Shown here: positions 39,061 to 52,870 of the stretch, piece by piece
Layout of the letters: each line of letters begins with the position of its first letter
Numbering within the stretch: the stretch's first letter is position 1
Assembly (NCBI GenBank): GCA_034780895.1
Contig: JAUZTB010000107.1
Span: forward strand, 77,362,169-77,426,168
DNA from: Rhynchobatus australiae
Lineage: Eukaryota
DNA: 64,000 nt
Direction: 5' to 3'
Translations under genes and position numbers: made by a program
The notes under the pieces: generated by a model
Database searches by the model: none
What the model saw: only the letters and a program-made list of their open reading frames with translations
What the model was told of the DNA's origin: nothing

Positions 39061-40319
39061 CACATGGCAGGGCTGGCAGGAGTAAAGAGCATAGATGTAA
39101 AGAATTTCTGAGGCCATGGCGGAGAAATAAAGGAAGAACCGAAGTAATATGGTGGTGATGAAGAAAGACAAGTGATATAATTCACTGGGATTTTAGTGAA
39201 CATCTTAGAAAAAATAGAAGAATAAATTAAACAAAATGGGCAAAAGCAGCCAATTGGAACTAAAACCATACTGGAAACATTCTGTGCAGCTCGTCTGCAG
39301 GGCCTGCAATGGATCCAAAAGGGATAAAACAGCGAGAGGGGTGGAGTTCTGGGGAAGATGCAAATATTAGAAAATTATGTAAACTATCTCTTGTGGTTCG
39401 TTGGTCTTTGCCATACCTTTTGTTCTTTAATTGTTCCTGCGCCCCAAAGTATCACAGACGTTCTCTTTTGCTCTCTACCCCCCTCTCCTACATCTTAATC
39501 CTTGAGTTTCTCTCTATTTTTCCCCTTATTCTGACGCCAGGCCATTGAGTTGAAGCATTAANNNNNNNNNNNNNNNNNNNNNNNNNNNNNNNNNNNNNNN
39601 NNNNNNNNNNNNNNNNNNNNNNNNNNNNNNNNNNNNNNNNNNNNNNNNNNNNNNNNNNNNNAGTTGAAGCATTAACCTTGTTCCTCTGGCCACGCATGCT
39701 GCCTGACCTGCTGAGTGACCCCAGCGTTTACTCCTTTGTTTCAGATTTGCAGCAACTGCAGTTTTGCTACAGGATTTCGTGACCCATTCAGATCACGACG
39801 CAGAACGAGCAACCTGGGAGTTGGACAGCAGTTGTATACCTCGTTTCCTGGAGAAATTACTCAGTGGATAGCCGGCGGGAGGTTAAACTGCAATGGTCCT
39901 CAATGTAGCTGCTTAGAGCTGGGGTCAATTATTTGTGTTTCTCTTTCACTGGGTTTTCTGTTGTGCAATTATTCCATCCAATATTCGATTTAATATGAAA
40001 ATACTGCACAGCTTGCACATATCCTATTAAGGGGGAAGTGGTGACTTCAGCTTGGAAAGTTAAAGCACTTTGTAAAAGTATGTGTAAACCTTGTGATTTA
40101 CAACTCAGCTGGATTTGGCAACTCAGAAGATTACCACGCATTAAGCAATTAAAAACTCCAACTTTTGGTAATCCGCTGGATTTTAAAATGCTTGCTGAAT
40201 GGAAATTTTGCTCGTGTAAAAGAAAATAAACTCTCCACATATCTAATCAGCGGGATGGATCTTATCTATTTCCATGAGTAACACACATCAAGCAGCCAGC
40301 TGTCCTTCACTGAAGTACA

Positions 40320-40930
40320 GGAGACCAATTCGCAGCTCACACTGCCTCTGCTGTATGCCGACTCGGTATGTTGCACTCACCTTCCAGAAGCGCCACATCC
40401 CCATCCTTATCCTGGCTGAAGACAGAAATAACACCAGGCGATAATACACCATGTATTCCCCCATTTAATTTGGCATTGCGAACAATCTATTCTAACTCAG
40501 CAACACCACTGCAAGGCGCAATCCAAAGCCCGGACCACACACAATTAATAGGATGCTCCATCGACAGCGCCTCTGTATCGGCAGACTGGGATCTTCAAAC
40601 NNNNNNNNNNNNNNNNNNNNNNNNNNNNNNNNNNNNNNNNNNNNNNNNNNNNNNNNNNNNNNNNNNNNNNNNNNNNNNNNNNNNNNNNNNNNNNNNNNNN
40701 NNNNNNNCTTAAGTATTTCAATCACATTTCTCTGGAAGGTTTCTCTACCTCTATAATTTATGACTGAGAGCCAATCACCCTGGCGCTATCTCTTTAGCAA
40801 AATATTTCATTTCGAGGACATGAAGCTGCACTCTGTCGATTGGGTCTCATTTTTCAGACAGGGCCATTACATTAGACTGTGGAAGTGGTTGTTCTGTACT
40901 GGAAATAATGGCGGCGCCTTCCTTTGAACC
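40320..40930. promoter_or_regulatory. Weak CpG-enriched region with a minus-strand donor; candidate 5'UTR exon or alternative promoter of SLC66A1L
   Basis: Perfect donor AAG|GTGAGT (exon end 40381) and acceptor TTTCTGTCTTCAG giving a 35-nt exon 40381-40415. CCAAT boxes near 40770 and 40840, YY1-like ATAATGGCGG near 40905. Confidence 0.35.
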
Positions 40931-41329
40931 CCACCCTTGTATTGGGAATTAATGTAACTTTGGATTTTTTTTTTGTGTCGTTCTACTGAACCTACGTTCC
41001 AATATCAAACATTTCAGTAGTCGCCAGACATGAACTGTTGGTAAACTAACGTAGAGAAGTCTTTTAACAAGAATTGTATCAATTGTTGCTAATCTTCACC
41101 TTAGAGGGAATGGGTGTGTGCGGTTTCTTTAACCGTCTTTCAGTAGTTAACGTTGAGATTTAAAACAAGTTTGAAACTTTTTTTCTTATTTTGTAATAAC
41201 TCTCATCAATTATCTTTTTTGCCTACTATATAGAAGTTCCTCACTGTGAAAAGGTTGCCATTTTGCTTCTACATTATGTTTGTTTTGGTCTGACCTTCTA
41301 TCCAGTAATTATTTTATTCATTTACTTGT

Positions 41330-42710
41330 TGTTCAGGTTTTAGATGTCGCTGGCAAAGCCAACAGTTATGGCCCCTTCCCTAAACTTCTTTTTCAGTATA
41401 TGGTAGTGAACCACTTTCTTCAATTCATAAATCTTTCAGGTGAATGTGCTCCCACAGTACTATTAACAGGATTTATACCCAATAATGATGAAGGAACAGC
41501 AATGTGTTTCTAAATGAGCCTGGTGTATAACCTGGAGGGGCACCATGCCTACAAGTTCCCCATGCACCTGAGACCCTTACCCTCCAGTCCGCATTGAGGG
41601 GTTAGCAGTGGAAAGAGTGAGCGTCTTCAAGTTCCTGGGTGTCAATATCTTGGAGGATCTATCCTGGGCCCAACACATTGATGCAATCACAAAGAAAGCA
41701 CACCAGCAGTTCTACTTCATTAGGAGTTTGAGGAGATTTGGTATGTCGCCAAAGACTCTTGCAAATTTCCACAGATGTACGGTAGAGAGTATTCTGACTG
41801 GCTGCATCACAGCCTGGTATGGAGGCTGCAATGCACAGGATTCATCACAGGCACAACCCTTGGACATCATCAAGAGGCAGTGCCTAAAGAAGGCAACATC
41901 CATCACTAAGGACTCTCACCACTCAGGACATGCTCTTTTCATTACAACCATAGGGGAGGAGGTACAGGAACCTGAAGACCCACAGTAAATGATTCAGGAA
42001 CAGCTTCTTCCCCTCTGCTATCAGATTTTTGAATGGTCCATGAAAACCATCATATTATTCCTTTTTGTTTTGCACCATTTGTTTTCATAATTTATAGTAA
42101 TGTTTATGTCTTCNNNNNNNNNNNNNNNNNNNNNNATTTCATGTTGTATAAGTCAGTGATAATAAACTTGATTCTGATTCTCAGTGACAGAGGTTGCAGG
42201 CTTGGGAGCTGCTGTTGAGGCGTCTGGAATGTGTGGTACACACTCCTTTCACCAATGGTGAAGGGAATGAATCTTCAGGGTGGTGGATATGTTACCAATC
42301 CAGTAGGCTGTTTTGGCTGCGATGGTGTTGTGCATTCATCCAGACAAATGGAGGGTATTCCATCACACTTCTTTTAGATGATGGAAAGGCTTTGATCCGT
42401 CAGAAGATGACTTACTCGCCTGCTCTTACAGCCACAGTCCTTATGTGATTGACCCAGCTGAGTTTCCCATCAACGATTGTCCCCCAGGATGTTGATGGTA
42501 GGGGACTCAGTGATGGAAATGCCATTGAATAACAAAGGCAGGTGGTTAAACTCTATCCGATTTAAAGTCGTCATATCTGGCATTTCTGTTGGATGAATGT
42601 TACTTGCCACACACCAACCTGTGACTGAAAGTTGTCTGTCTTGCTGCATGCAGACAAGACCAAGATTGTTTTATCTTCTGAGGAAATCTGAATGGAATTT
42701 AATGTTGTGC
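41330..42710 (-). mobile_element. Old CR1-type LINE 3' portion, interrupted by the Rex1 insertion
   Basis: Minus-strand LINE tail at 41330-41570 resumes at 42181 with degenerate RT C-terminal sequence (CATCAACATCCTGGGG...). Similar tails at ~1300-1470 and ~49270-49370. Confidence 0.5.
41575..42180 (+). mobile_element. Rex1/Babar LINE 3' fragment inserted in an older LINE
   Basis: ORF 41608-41988 ERVSVFKFLGVNILEDLSWAQH...ESILTGCITAWYG, ends in AATAAAC(TGATTC)n tail. Confidence 0.8.
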
Positions 42711-42989
42711 AATCATCTCTCTTTTGAGACAATTAAATCTCAATTAAGTGTCTTGACGACATTAATTACTCATTATATTAGCAAACAGGAGTTTATCTTG
42801 AAAACTGAACGAGGAAAAGATAATTTTGTAAAAGAGTAATTATTAATCTCGCTGCAAAATAACCCCTTAAGTAAAACTATGGCCATAGTTCTATTTAAGG
42901 AAACTGCCTTTTGACATGAATATGACGATTACAAAGTTGTAAGATTCATTGTAATTCTCAATGTTTGCAGTTGTAAAAAAAAATGAAAC

Positions 42990-44508
42990 TCTTACTTTCT
43001 CGCTCATCTACACCCTCGGGAAGCTCTCCGGAAAGGAATGTTGTGGTCAGCAGCTAAGTGACGTCACTCAGCAGGAGCCAACGCGTGAAGAACGATGGGG
43101 TGGGGAGATGTGGTTGTAGGGAGGCGAGAATTGGGCTGTGGGAATGGTGACGAGTTGGGACAACGCGGGGAAACTTTAATTCCAGCAAGGATTTAGTAAC
43201 TCACCAATGTATTAATGGTGGCACAAGAAATTCTGCAGATGCTGGAATCTGGAGCAACGCACAAAAAAGGGCTGGAGGAAATCAGCAGATCAGGCAGCAT
43301 TAATGATACCCAATAATGAAACAGGCATCAGGTTTCTCTCATAACTAACAGCACTATAACTCGCTTATCGTTAAATACAAATTTGGCATTAACCACTAGT
43401 TATGAACCTCCCACATCTTAATTGTAACTAATGGTAATCTTATAACCCACTAATTGACATCCTGAAATTACATCCCGAATTCTCTGCACTTGCACATTCC
43501 AGCCAAGCCAGTTTTAGTAGTTCTCCCTCTCACCGTAGACTCTAGATTTAATTTGAATTAACCTCTGAGGGTTAAGACGTTAGACTGCGAGCCTGACTCA
43601 GAGCCTTGTAGTCTTTGAGTTCACAGATCGGTTCAGCAGCACTGACCAGCCTTCTAATACCAGTCCCACTTGTGGCAATTCTGAATCCGAGAATCTGGTG
43701 TTTGTAACATAATAGGGCAGATTATTCTGAATTCGTGAGTAGCAGACTATTCTGCGGACTGTGAGAATTTTCATACAACGACAGAAATTGGAACACAGAA
43801 AGTAGGTCTTTCAGGTGCACCCATTTCCCCTTTTATTCCTCCTCCAAAAACGTCCATCCAATTTCCCTCATAACAGTGGAGCTTGCTGCTAACATAGTCC
43901 CCGCAAATTGCAAGGTGGAAGCGCCGGCGCTCGGGGGCGCTGCCCGTTTTACCGGGTCTGTCCACAGGGGCTCGGACCTTTCTCCACCGAGAGGGAAATA
44001 AACAGCGAGTTTGACTGTTTAGCAGGTTACTGCTGCGAAGGGAAAACGGCATGGACTCTTGATTGCGTTTGAATTTATATTGTTGCAAAATCTGCAACAA
44101 ATGCATAAAAAAAGTTATTGAAGCCAAATAAAGTGCCAGAATATTTCACCTGTCTCGCCACCTTCCCCAAATCGCAAGAGCAAACCTAACGGAGAAATAA
44201 AAGGTATGGACTGTGCAGATATTTTGTTGTACTTGTGTTTGGGCAGTGCGAATGTTGGATCACAAGGGCGGTCGCGGTTAGTCGACAGGTTTCCCCCGAG
44301 GATGCCTTCCCCATGTCCCACACTGGATGTGTTCACTTGTGGTCTCTGTTGAGTCCACGATGATTTCCCCGGGCTTTTCCGGAGAGGTCTCCTGTCCCTC
44401 CCGGAGACCCCTCCAGTATCGGGAAGGATGAATTCCAAAATCGTCACCTTACCACTTTTTGTTCGCTTTTACTTCTACGTGAACGTGTCTCGCCCAACTG
44501 GCAAAACT
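42990..44508. promoter_or_regulatory. CpG-enriched regulatory region running into gap 44509-45367; candidate VEPH1 promoter
   Basis: Many CpGs outside repeats. Palindromic CRE AGTGACGTCACT at 43057-43068, AP-1 TGACTCA at 43594-43600, plus-strand donor-like AAG|GTATGG at 44204. Assignment to VEPH1 is inference. Confidence 0.5.
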
Positions 44509-46679
44509 NNNNNNNNNNNNNNNNNNNNNNNNNNNNNNNNNNNNNNNNNNNNNNNNNNNNNNNNNNNNNNNNNNNNNNNNNNNNNNNNNNNNNNNNNNNN
44601 NNNNNNNNNNNNNNNNNNNNNNNNNNNNNNNNNNNNNNNNNNNNNNNNNNNNNNNNNNNNNNNNNNNNNNNNNNNNNNNNNNNNNNNNNNNNNNNNNNNN
44701 NNNNNNNNNNNNNNNNNNNNNNNNNNNNNNNNNNNNNNNNNNNNNNNNNNNNNNNNNNNNNNNNNNNNNNNNNNNNNNNNNNNNNNNNNNNNNNNNNNNN
44801 NNNNNNNNNNNNNNNNNNNNNNNNNNNNNNNNNNNNNNNNNNNNNNNNNNNNNNNNNNNNNNNNNNNNNNNNNNNNNNNNNNNNNNNNNNNNNNNNNNNN
44901 NNNNNNNNNNNNNNNNNNNNNNNNNNNNNNNNNNNNNNNNNNNNNNNNNNNNNNNNNNNNNNNNNNNNNNNNNNNNNNNNNNNNNNNNNNNNNNNNNNNN
45001 NNNNNNNNNNNNNNNNNNNNNNNNNNNNNNNNNNNNNNNNNNNNNNNNNNNNNNNNNNNNNNNNNNNNNNNNNNNNNNNNNNNNNNNNNNNNNNNNNNNN
45101 NNNNNNNNNNNNNNNNNNNNNNNNNNNNNNNNNNNNNNNNNNNNNNNNNNNNNNNNNNNNNNNNNNNNNNNNNNNNNNNNNNNNNNNNNNNNNNNNNNNN
45201 NNNNNNNNNNNNNNNNNNNNNNNNNNNNNNNNNNNNNNNNNNNNNNNNNNNNNNNNNNNNNNNNNNNNNNNNNNNNNNNNNNNNNNNNNNNNNNNNNNNN
45301 NNNNNNNNNNNNNNNNNNNNNNNNNNNNNNNNNNNNNNNNNNNNNNNNNNNNNNNNNNNNNNNNNNNTGGTAGCTTTGCTTTCTGAAATGATCTTGAATT
45401 TACTACTGACTGAAAATATTTATTAACTTAGAAAACATTACAATAAATTTACAATTATAGTGTAGTTTATAGAGTTTATGATTTATACCTATTTGGAAAT
45501 TCAGCATGTATTTATTAATAGGAATGCCATTTTCAAGGAAGCATCAGGCTACTTGAATTCCTTTCTCTAGAGCAAACTCAAGAGGACAAGTTGTAATCTG
45601 AAATAAAATATGTTGCCATAAATGAGACGTAAAATATAATCTGAATTGATATGGAACTTTCATTCTTGATAGTGAAGAAATTTCAGATAAATAATTAGCA
45701 TGTAGAACCTGTAAAAGACAGTATGATTTTCAATCATTGAAACATTTCTCAGCAGCAAAATTCATCTAGGTGGTTATGTTTAATAAGCAATGCTATTCCT
45801 TACAGCATAAAATTGATTTACTTTACATTTATGTTAGAAAACAGAGGCTCTGTCTATTCTTATAGAGAAAATCTAAAAGGGAGTTTTGTTTATATGAGCC
45901 TCTTGTGTTCTCATTGTCTGACAGAAAATCCAAACAAGAATTTGAAGTAACGTATCCTTACTCAAGCAAGAAAGTGTTTCATCCATGCTTGGTTTCTTTT
46001 TCTTGGGTAGTTCCTCATTAATGAGGGTCACTAACTTCCATCCTGGTATTGTGGGTTATTATTGTGGGNNNNNNNNNNNNNNNNNNNNNNNNNNNNNNNN
46101 NNNNNNNNNNNNNNNNNNNNNNNNNNNNNNNNNNNNNNNNNNNNNNNNNNNNNNNNNNNNNNNNNNNNCATTATGTGGCTCCCTGAGGTGATATACCTTT
46201 CTTTGTTCAAGGGACTTACCCACCCTACTCGGCCCCTCCATGTGCAGTAGTTGAAGGAGCCAACACTGTGGTCCTTCCCCACAGGGACTGACTCAGCCCC
46301 TGGACTGAGCCAGTCTGTAGCATTCCCTTACAGACATCTCACTATGCTGGAAGACCAACAAGTTTCGGGCAGACCAAAGGGTCAAAGACCAACTTCACCA
46401 ATTTGATGATCTTCCAACAGCACTTGACGTTTGTCTCAGTGTGTGTCACCGGGAACAGCCCGTAGATCAGAGTCCTCTGTCATGCAGCTGCTGGAGGTGA
46501 ACCGGGACACGGACCCTTGCATCCTTCTCCATACCCTCTTAACAAGTCCACAGTCTGCAAAGAACTTCTGTTGCTGCATACATCAGGATTCTTTGTACTC
46601 CCAATGCTTGTACTTGGTGCTATCCCAATTGCTACTTCTCCACCCCTTAAGTGGCCATTGATCAGGGATTGCTAGGAAC

Positions 46680-47420
46680 CAGTGGAGATGCTGCATCTTT
46701 TCAAAGAGATGTTGAGCACATCCTTGAATCTTACGTCTAACTGATAATCTCTTTCCATGTCAGAGTTCAAAATAATGTCTGTTTTAGGATTTTAGTGTCA
46801 GTTATTTAGATGATATGGCCTACCCTATGGAGTTGACTAAATTTAATTGGGACCTCACTGATGAGGGTGTTGGCCTGAGAGAGGACACTGAAGTTGATTC
46901 ACTATCCTTCCACTGAATCTGGAGCATTNNNNNNNNNNNNNNNNNNNNNNNNNNNNNCTGTAAGTAGTCACAAGCATATAGCAAGGCAAGGATCATTGCT
47001 GACTGATAGATCGTGAGTTTTATGTTGGGTCTGCAGTTGTGATCATAAAATACCCTTTCCCTCAGTCTACCAAAGTTTGTGATGGTGCATTCAAAGCAAT
47101 GATGAAATTCACCACTGATGTCTGCCATCACTGAGAGGTGGTTCCAGAGAAATGTGTAGTGATCCAGGAGCTTGATGTGAACCTCTGTTGGATGGTATTG
47201 TTGAACTTCAGGGCAGGTTGGTAGAGAACCTTTTGTCTTGCAGATGTTGAGTGTAAGATCCATCCTTTTGTTAGTTTCAGTGAACAAGGCAATAATGGCT
47301 TGGACCTGGGTGACCGAGCATATAAAAACATAAGCACCATCAATGTACTGCGGCTTGACTAATGTGGTGATCTTGGTTCTGTAGTGCAATCACATTACGT
47401 TGCACAGTTTCCCATTAATT
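46680..47420 (-). mobile_element. RTE-clade LINE RT fragment
   Basis: ORF 46820-47389: QYID (YADD-like), LTLNICKTK, FGRLRERVF, KLTIYQSAMILALLYAC, typical of the RTE RT C-terminus. Confidence 0.75.
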
Positions 47421-50400
47421 TTGATGATTAGCTTTATTCATTCCTCTGAATATTTTATTTGGCAGCATTTTGTTTGATGAGACATTGAGCATATCGCACC
47501 CATAGTGAACAAGCTTTAATGTAATTATGATACCTTTATATAAAAAAAAGCATTAGGACTTGGATTATTTTGAGACATTATGTACTAAACCTACATTCTG
47601 CTTTCAGTCCTTGAGTACAACAGAGCAGTCCAGTTCACGTACAGAAGAGAATAAGGACAAACTAAAATGCTTATGAATAATTGAAAGTACATTAGAAGGA
47701 TTAACCACAAGTTGTTGTTAATTATGTAGCAGGAGTTTATGTAGTACAAATATTTTTAAAATATTGTTTCCTTTTTATACTTTGGAATCATAAATTTAGT
47801 TACTATTGGAGCAATTGGAGAAGTCGGTAAAATCCCATGTTTTTGTCACTGATTAACTATGACTTTCACTGGATTTCCTCAAACAAAACAAGTGTTTTAA
47901 AAGTCAGACTNNNNNNNNNNNNNNNNNNNNNNNNNNNNNNNNNNNNNNNNNNNNNNNNNNNNNNNNNNNNNNNNNNNNNNNNNNNNNNNNNNNNNNNNNN
48001 NNNNNNNNNNNNNNNNNNNNNNNNNNNNNNNNNNNNNNNNNNNNNNNNNNNNNNNNNNNNNNNNNNNNNNNNNNNNNNNNNNNNNNNNNNNNNNNNNNNN
48101 NNNNNNNNNNNNNNNNNNNNNNNNNNNNNNNNNNNNNNNNNNNNNNNNNNNNNNNNNNNNNNNNNNNNNNNNNNNNNNNNNNNNNNNNNNNNNNNNNNNN
48201 NNNNNNNNNNNNNNNNNNNNNNNNNNNNNNNNNNNNNNNNNNNNNNNNNNNNNNNNNNNNNNNNNNNNNNNNNNNNNNNNNNNNNNNNNNNNNTAAGATT
48301 GTCCAATGAGCCTTCTGACCAAACAAACTCCTGCCCATAAAATTTGTCATGAACACAAGACTGAAAAATGAGTTTCTTTCAATGTCATTAGATTGCTTGG
48401 GGTAGGATTCAATAATTTGCTAACGTATTGGCATCTGTGATCATGTGATCCAGGATTAATCAATTGACCAATAGTTAGTTAAATTCTTCTTCAATGGCCA
48501 CAGCTAACTACAGCTGCTCCTGTGATATTCCCAAGGCACTGATCACACTTCTTCTGGGCAACAACTCGCAGCAGTACCATTAGCCTCACTTGCTGACTTT
48601 TGCATCCTAGGTGCTGTTCAGGGGTTAACCTTGTTAACTACTCCTCCTCATCCTGCTTGCTGAGCCCACTCCCATTCTCTTAGACTCTGCAAGTGGATCA
48701 ATCATGGTGAGTCTATGAAACTTCCTGGAACATCCATTTGTTTACGAGGAAGATCCTTGTCATCATGAACTAATCATGAATAATTGTATTAACATCTTGG
48801 CTTCAAGAGAAACTTAACTCTTAGGTTGTAATGCATTGCCACATGTGAATGCTCCCTACCTTGGTAGTGCAGCATTAGGTAGGGAAATATTGAGGATTTA
48901 TGATGTATTGGTGATGCGTAGGTTAGTTAGAGTAGTAAAGAAAGAAATGAGAATTAGCAGTCACCAAGGTAGTTGACCAAAATCCTTTCAGGGTAATGAG
49001 TCTACCATCCTTGTCTGTTTGGAACATAATTAGGTCAAATCTTTTAGGTTTAAATCCTTTCGGTTGAATCCAAACTACCCTTGAAAGATATTTCAGTTGA
49101 AACGTGAAATACCATCTATCCTTTGTGACAGTTAGGGCACTTGTAAAATGGAGCTGCTGTAGAAGTGCTTATGAGTACTGAGAAAACAGCATTTAAGAAT
49201 GATGAACATTAAGTATGGGAAGGCTGGGATAGGCAAGTTACTTGGTTGAAAGAAAATGCTACAACTTTGGGCATACAAAAGAAGGCTCACCACCATCTTC
49301 ACGAACCGCTAGGGTTAGATAATAAACCCCAGACTTCCCAGTGAGGCCTGCATATTTACAATGGATTTTAAATCTCACTTCCCTTTCTGTACTTTATCCT
49401 AAGAATCACTACTTTTCGTAGGTCTTCAGCCTACTTGCAATGCAATTCCCACACCATCTCACATTTCCCCAGCTCACTTGAGTAATCTAGCCCAATCCCA
49501 ATTCACTGTTATATTTTCTCACTAATCATAAAGCGCTTCTACAGCAGGTCCATTTTATAGGTGCTCTGACTAATGAAGGTATTTCTACAATGCTGCTGGG
49601 TAGGGATTTCCAGGATTTAATGGTGATATATTTCTAAATTGCAGCAGTGTGCAACTTAAAGAAAAACATCTAGGTGTTGGCTGAAAAGCAGTTTGTTAAT
49701 TGCAGATTTCATGTGCTAAAATATAGGAAATGTCATCAAAAACATTCACTTGTCAAAACAGCTTGTGGTTAAGCTACTTGCAGATGCTCAATGGACGAGG
49801 GATTTGCAATCACAATGTATATGTGTGATAGCATTAAAATGTGTTGTCCCTATATATAGCTGTGAGTGCATAGAGGAAAGTGAGTACAGAGCATCAATAT
49901 GTCTGGCATTCTCCCTGTCAGCTGCTTTCTTTCAAACAAATCAACAGCAGCATCCCCATGGATAACTAATGAACCTGGCAATAAAAAATATTGAGGCAGC
50001 GTATACAAGCAGTTGTCCTGGCTCACATAAACCTTGAAAAGGATACATTCTCAAAATTACTGAATATAAAGAACCTGATTTTAATAGATTGTTAACATAG
50101 GTGGGAAAACCTACCATGATTGCAGAATCCCTGTATTGTTAGTTATATAAAGATAAATTTCTCCCACTAAATCTGTCTTTGACACTGATTGTCATTTGCT
50201 TCCAGGAACAATGCAGTAAGATAGCAAAATATGCAACAGATTTATTGATAGGAATTCAGATTATGGAAGTTAATTTAAAATAATTGCAAATACAGTTTAT
50301 TCACATGAGTGTCCCTTCCTCTATCAGTCTCATTCCCAGGGAATTGATAGGTCAGTGTGATTCAAAGGGAGTCCTGTTTCTTTCATTGGCCTCATTTTAA

Positions 50401-51899
50401 TGGGGAGTGCCATTCTGAGTACAGAGAATGTTAGCATCTCAGCCAACTAAACCACTCCTGCATTTTTGCATAAAAACCATGGTAGAATTTCATTCCATTT
50501 AATTGCTGTTTTTGTTTCAATCAAGACTGGCCAGCTGACTGTACCATTTAAGATGCATTTTTCAGCAGATTTTACAGGCCGCATTCTTTGCATTCCTAGC
50601 TCACNNNNNNNNNNNNNNNNNNNNNNNNNNNNNNNNNNNNNNNNNNNNNNNNNNNNNNNNNNNNNNNNNNNNNNNNNNNNNNNNNNNNNNNNNNNNNNNN
50701 NNNNNNNNNNNNNNNNNNNNNNNNNNNNNNNNNNNNNNNNNNNNNNNNNNNNNNNNNNNNNNNNNNNNNNNNNNNNNNNNNNNAAACTTACTCATGTTTC
50801 TTATGGTGCAAGAATAGCAATAAAGGAATTGGCTTCTCAGTTGTTTAAAAGGTGATCTGTTTTATATGTTTAGATATTGCTTCAAAACATTCTGCTCTCA
50901 TTTGAATATTATATCCAAAATGTTCCTTGTTTTTGTCTATATAAAACATTAATTGACAAAAGAAAGCTTGCATGAATTTCAGTTTAACGTAACAATAAAC
51001 AATCCTGTAGATCACGGAAAGGAACATTTAGAAACTGAGGACTAGTTCCAAGTTAGTGGTGGTCGCGGCAGGTTTTGTATTCCTTGCCTGTGTCAGACTG
51101 TGTGATAGTGGGTTTAACTTTTGAAAGAGAAAATGCAGTTTCTTCCAAGAATGCACACCATTAGAAACAAAACAATTGATAAACTGAAACAGGAAAATGG
51201 GAAAGTAATGATGGTTAATGTATAAACACTTAAAAGGTTTATCAAGAAAATAACTTCAAGCTGTTTTTCATTTTGTTGTATTGGTAATATTCTCAACTTG
51301 GTTTTGCAGAAAAACATCATTGCACATAGTTTTGCTTTAATCTGTTAATTTATTTGATTTACTTAGATTTCCATGTTTGTTTTTACTTCCTTTAGTTAAA
51401 CAACATCTCAACCTAAATTAGTCTATCTATTGCCGTGTATATTTAATTGGTTTTGAGTTAGTGACAACTGTATTTTTGTAGTTAGGGGTGATCCAAAACT
51501 TGTTTATAGAGGTGAACTTTAAGTAACAACTTAAGATGAGAAGGGGAGATTTATGAATTTTAGAACAAGGGAACTTGCTGTCAATGTCCCAATATTCAAA
51601 GAAGGGGAGGATACTTGGGGGTGAAGTCAAAGAATAGAGAGCTTGAGGAGAGCAGTAGAAATTACAGATAAACTGGGATGTACAAGAACAGAGGGTCCTG
51701 AAAGTTTAGGTTCATAATCTATTAAAAGCAACACCTCAAAAAGTAAAGTTATAAAGAAAAGCTAATGAACTACTGGGTGTTCAGTAAACATAGTGTAAAC
51801 AGTATGAAGTGTCATGGTGATTCTATGTCAAACTCCAGTAAGATACTGTGTGCAGTTTTGGGCTTCATACCATTAGAAAGGATGTTGTATAATAGATTT

Positions 51900-52870
51900 A
51901 TGCCCCTGCTATAATGACAAAACATCTCTGATTAAAGCCACTAATGCCATCCTATGCAATTGTAACAAAGGTAATCTATTCTCCCTTGTTCCTCTGACAG
52001 TTCAGCAGCCCATGAGGTAATTGGCAACACTCTCCTCTTTTCCAGCAGGTTGGCGCCACGCTTCTCTGGTTCCATCAATCATGGCCAGCGAGGCATTAGC
52101 AAAGGTTTCTCTTTTGTACTTCATTATCTTTGGGTGTCCTGAAAGGATCCATCCTTGGTCCTTCTTATTTCTCATCCACATGTTTTCTCTTGGTAATGAC
52201 ATCCAAAAACATTGGCATCCATTTCCACGTATACAGATGGAAATGGATGACAGCCTTTTTAGATGATACTACCTCACCACTACCTCTCTCAACTCTCTCA
52301 GATTGTTTGTCTGAGATCCCATACTGAATAACCAGAAATTTCTTCAAATTAAGCATCAGGAAGATGGAATCCATTTTATTCATAGGGATGCTATGACAAA
52401 CTCTCCTCCCTGACCACTATCTATGTTTGTCTCTCTGGCAATAGTATGAAACCAAACTATACTGTTTGCAATCTTAATGTCACATTTCAGCGCAAGTTGA
52501 TTTTGAACCTCCTGTCTCCACTCTCAACNNNNNNNNNNNNNNNNNNNNNNNNNNNNNNNNNNNNNNNNNNNNNNNNNNNNNNNNNNNNNNNNNNNNNNNN
52601 NNNNNNNNNNNNNNNNNNNNNNNNNNNNCCTGTCTCCACTCTCAACATACCTACCCTATTTCTACTTGTATTGTTGTTTGACTCTGCCCTGCCTCAGATC
52701 ATCTGTTGAAACTCTCATGTGTGATTTCTGTTTTCTTTAGGCCTCATTATTTCAAAGCACCTTAGCTGGCCTTCCTTCTTCTTCCCTGAATAAATCTGTT
52801 GCATAGACCCAAGTCTCACCATGTCCTGCTCACCTCACACTGCTGTGCCATGCAATTCCCAGGCTTCCAT
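51900..52870 (+). mobile_element. L2-clade LINE fragment, highly degenerate
   Basis: GSILGP, DDT, LSDCLSEI.YW..RNFLQL-like segments across frames. Confidence 0.6.

Noticed and set aside
2450-43290. Recurring CTGCTGGAGGAACTCAG motif (2465, 2762, 7665, 11796, 13996, 43270) as a possible CRISPR-like array
   Set aside because: Dispersed, irregularly spaced and in both orientations; these are Penelope pLTR fragments in a vertebrate genome.
18936-48356. Long ORF-track entries (e.g. 18945, 20404, 25144, 29415, 44428, 47866)
   Set aside because: They are mostly X residues from N gaps.
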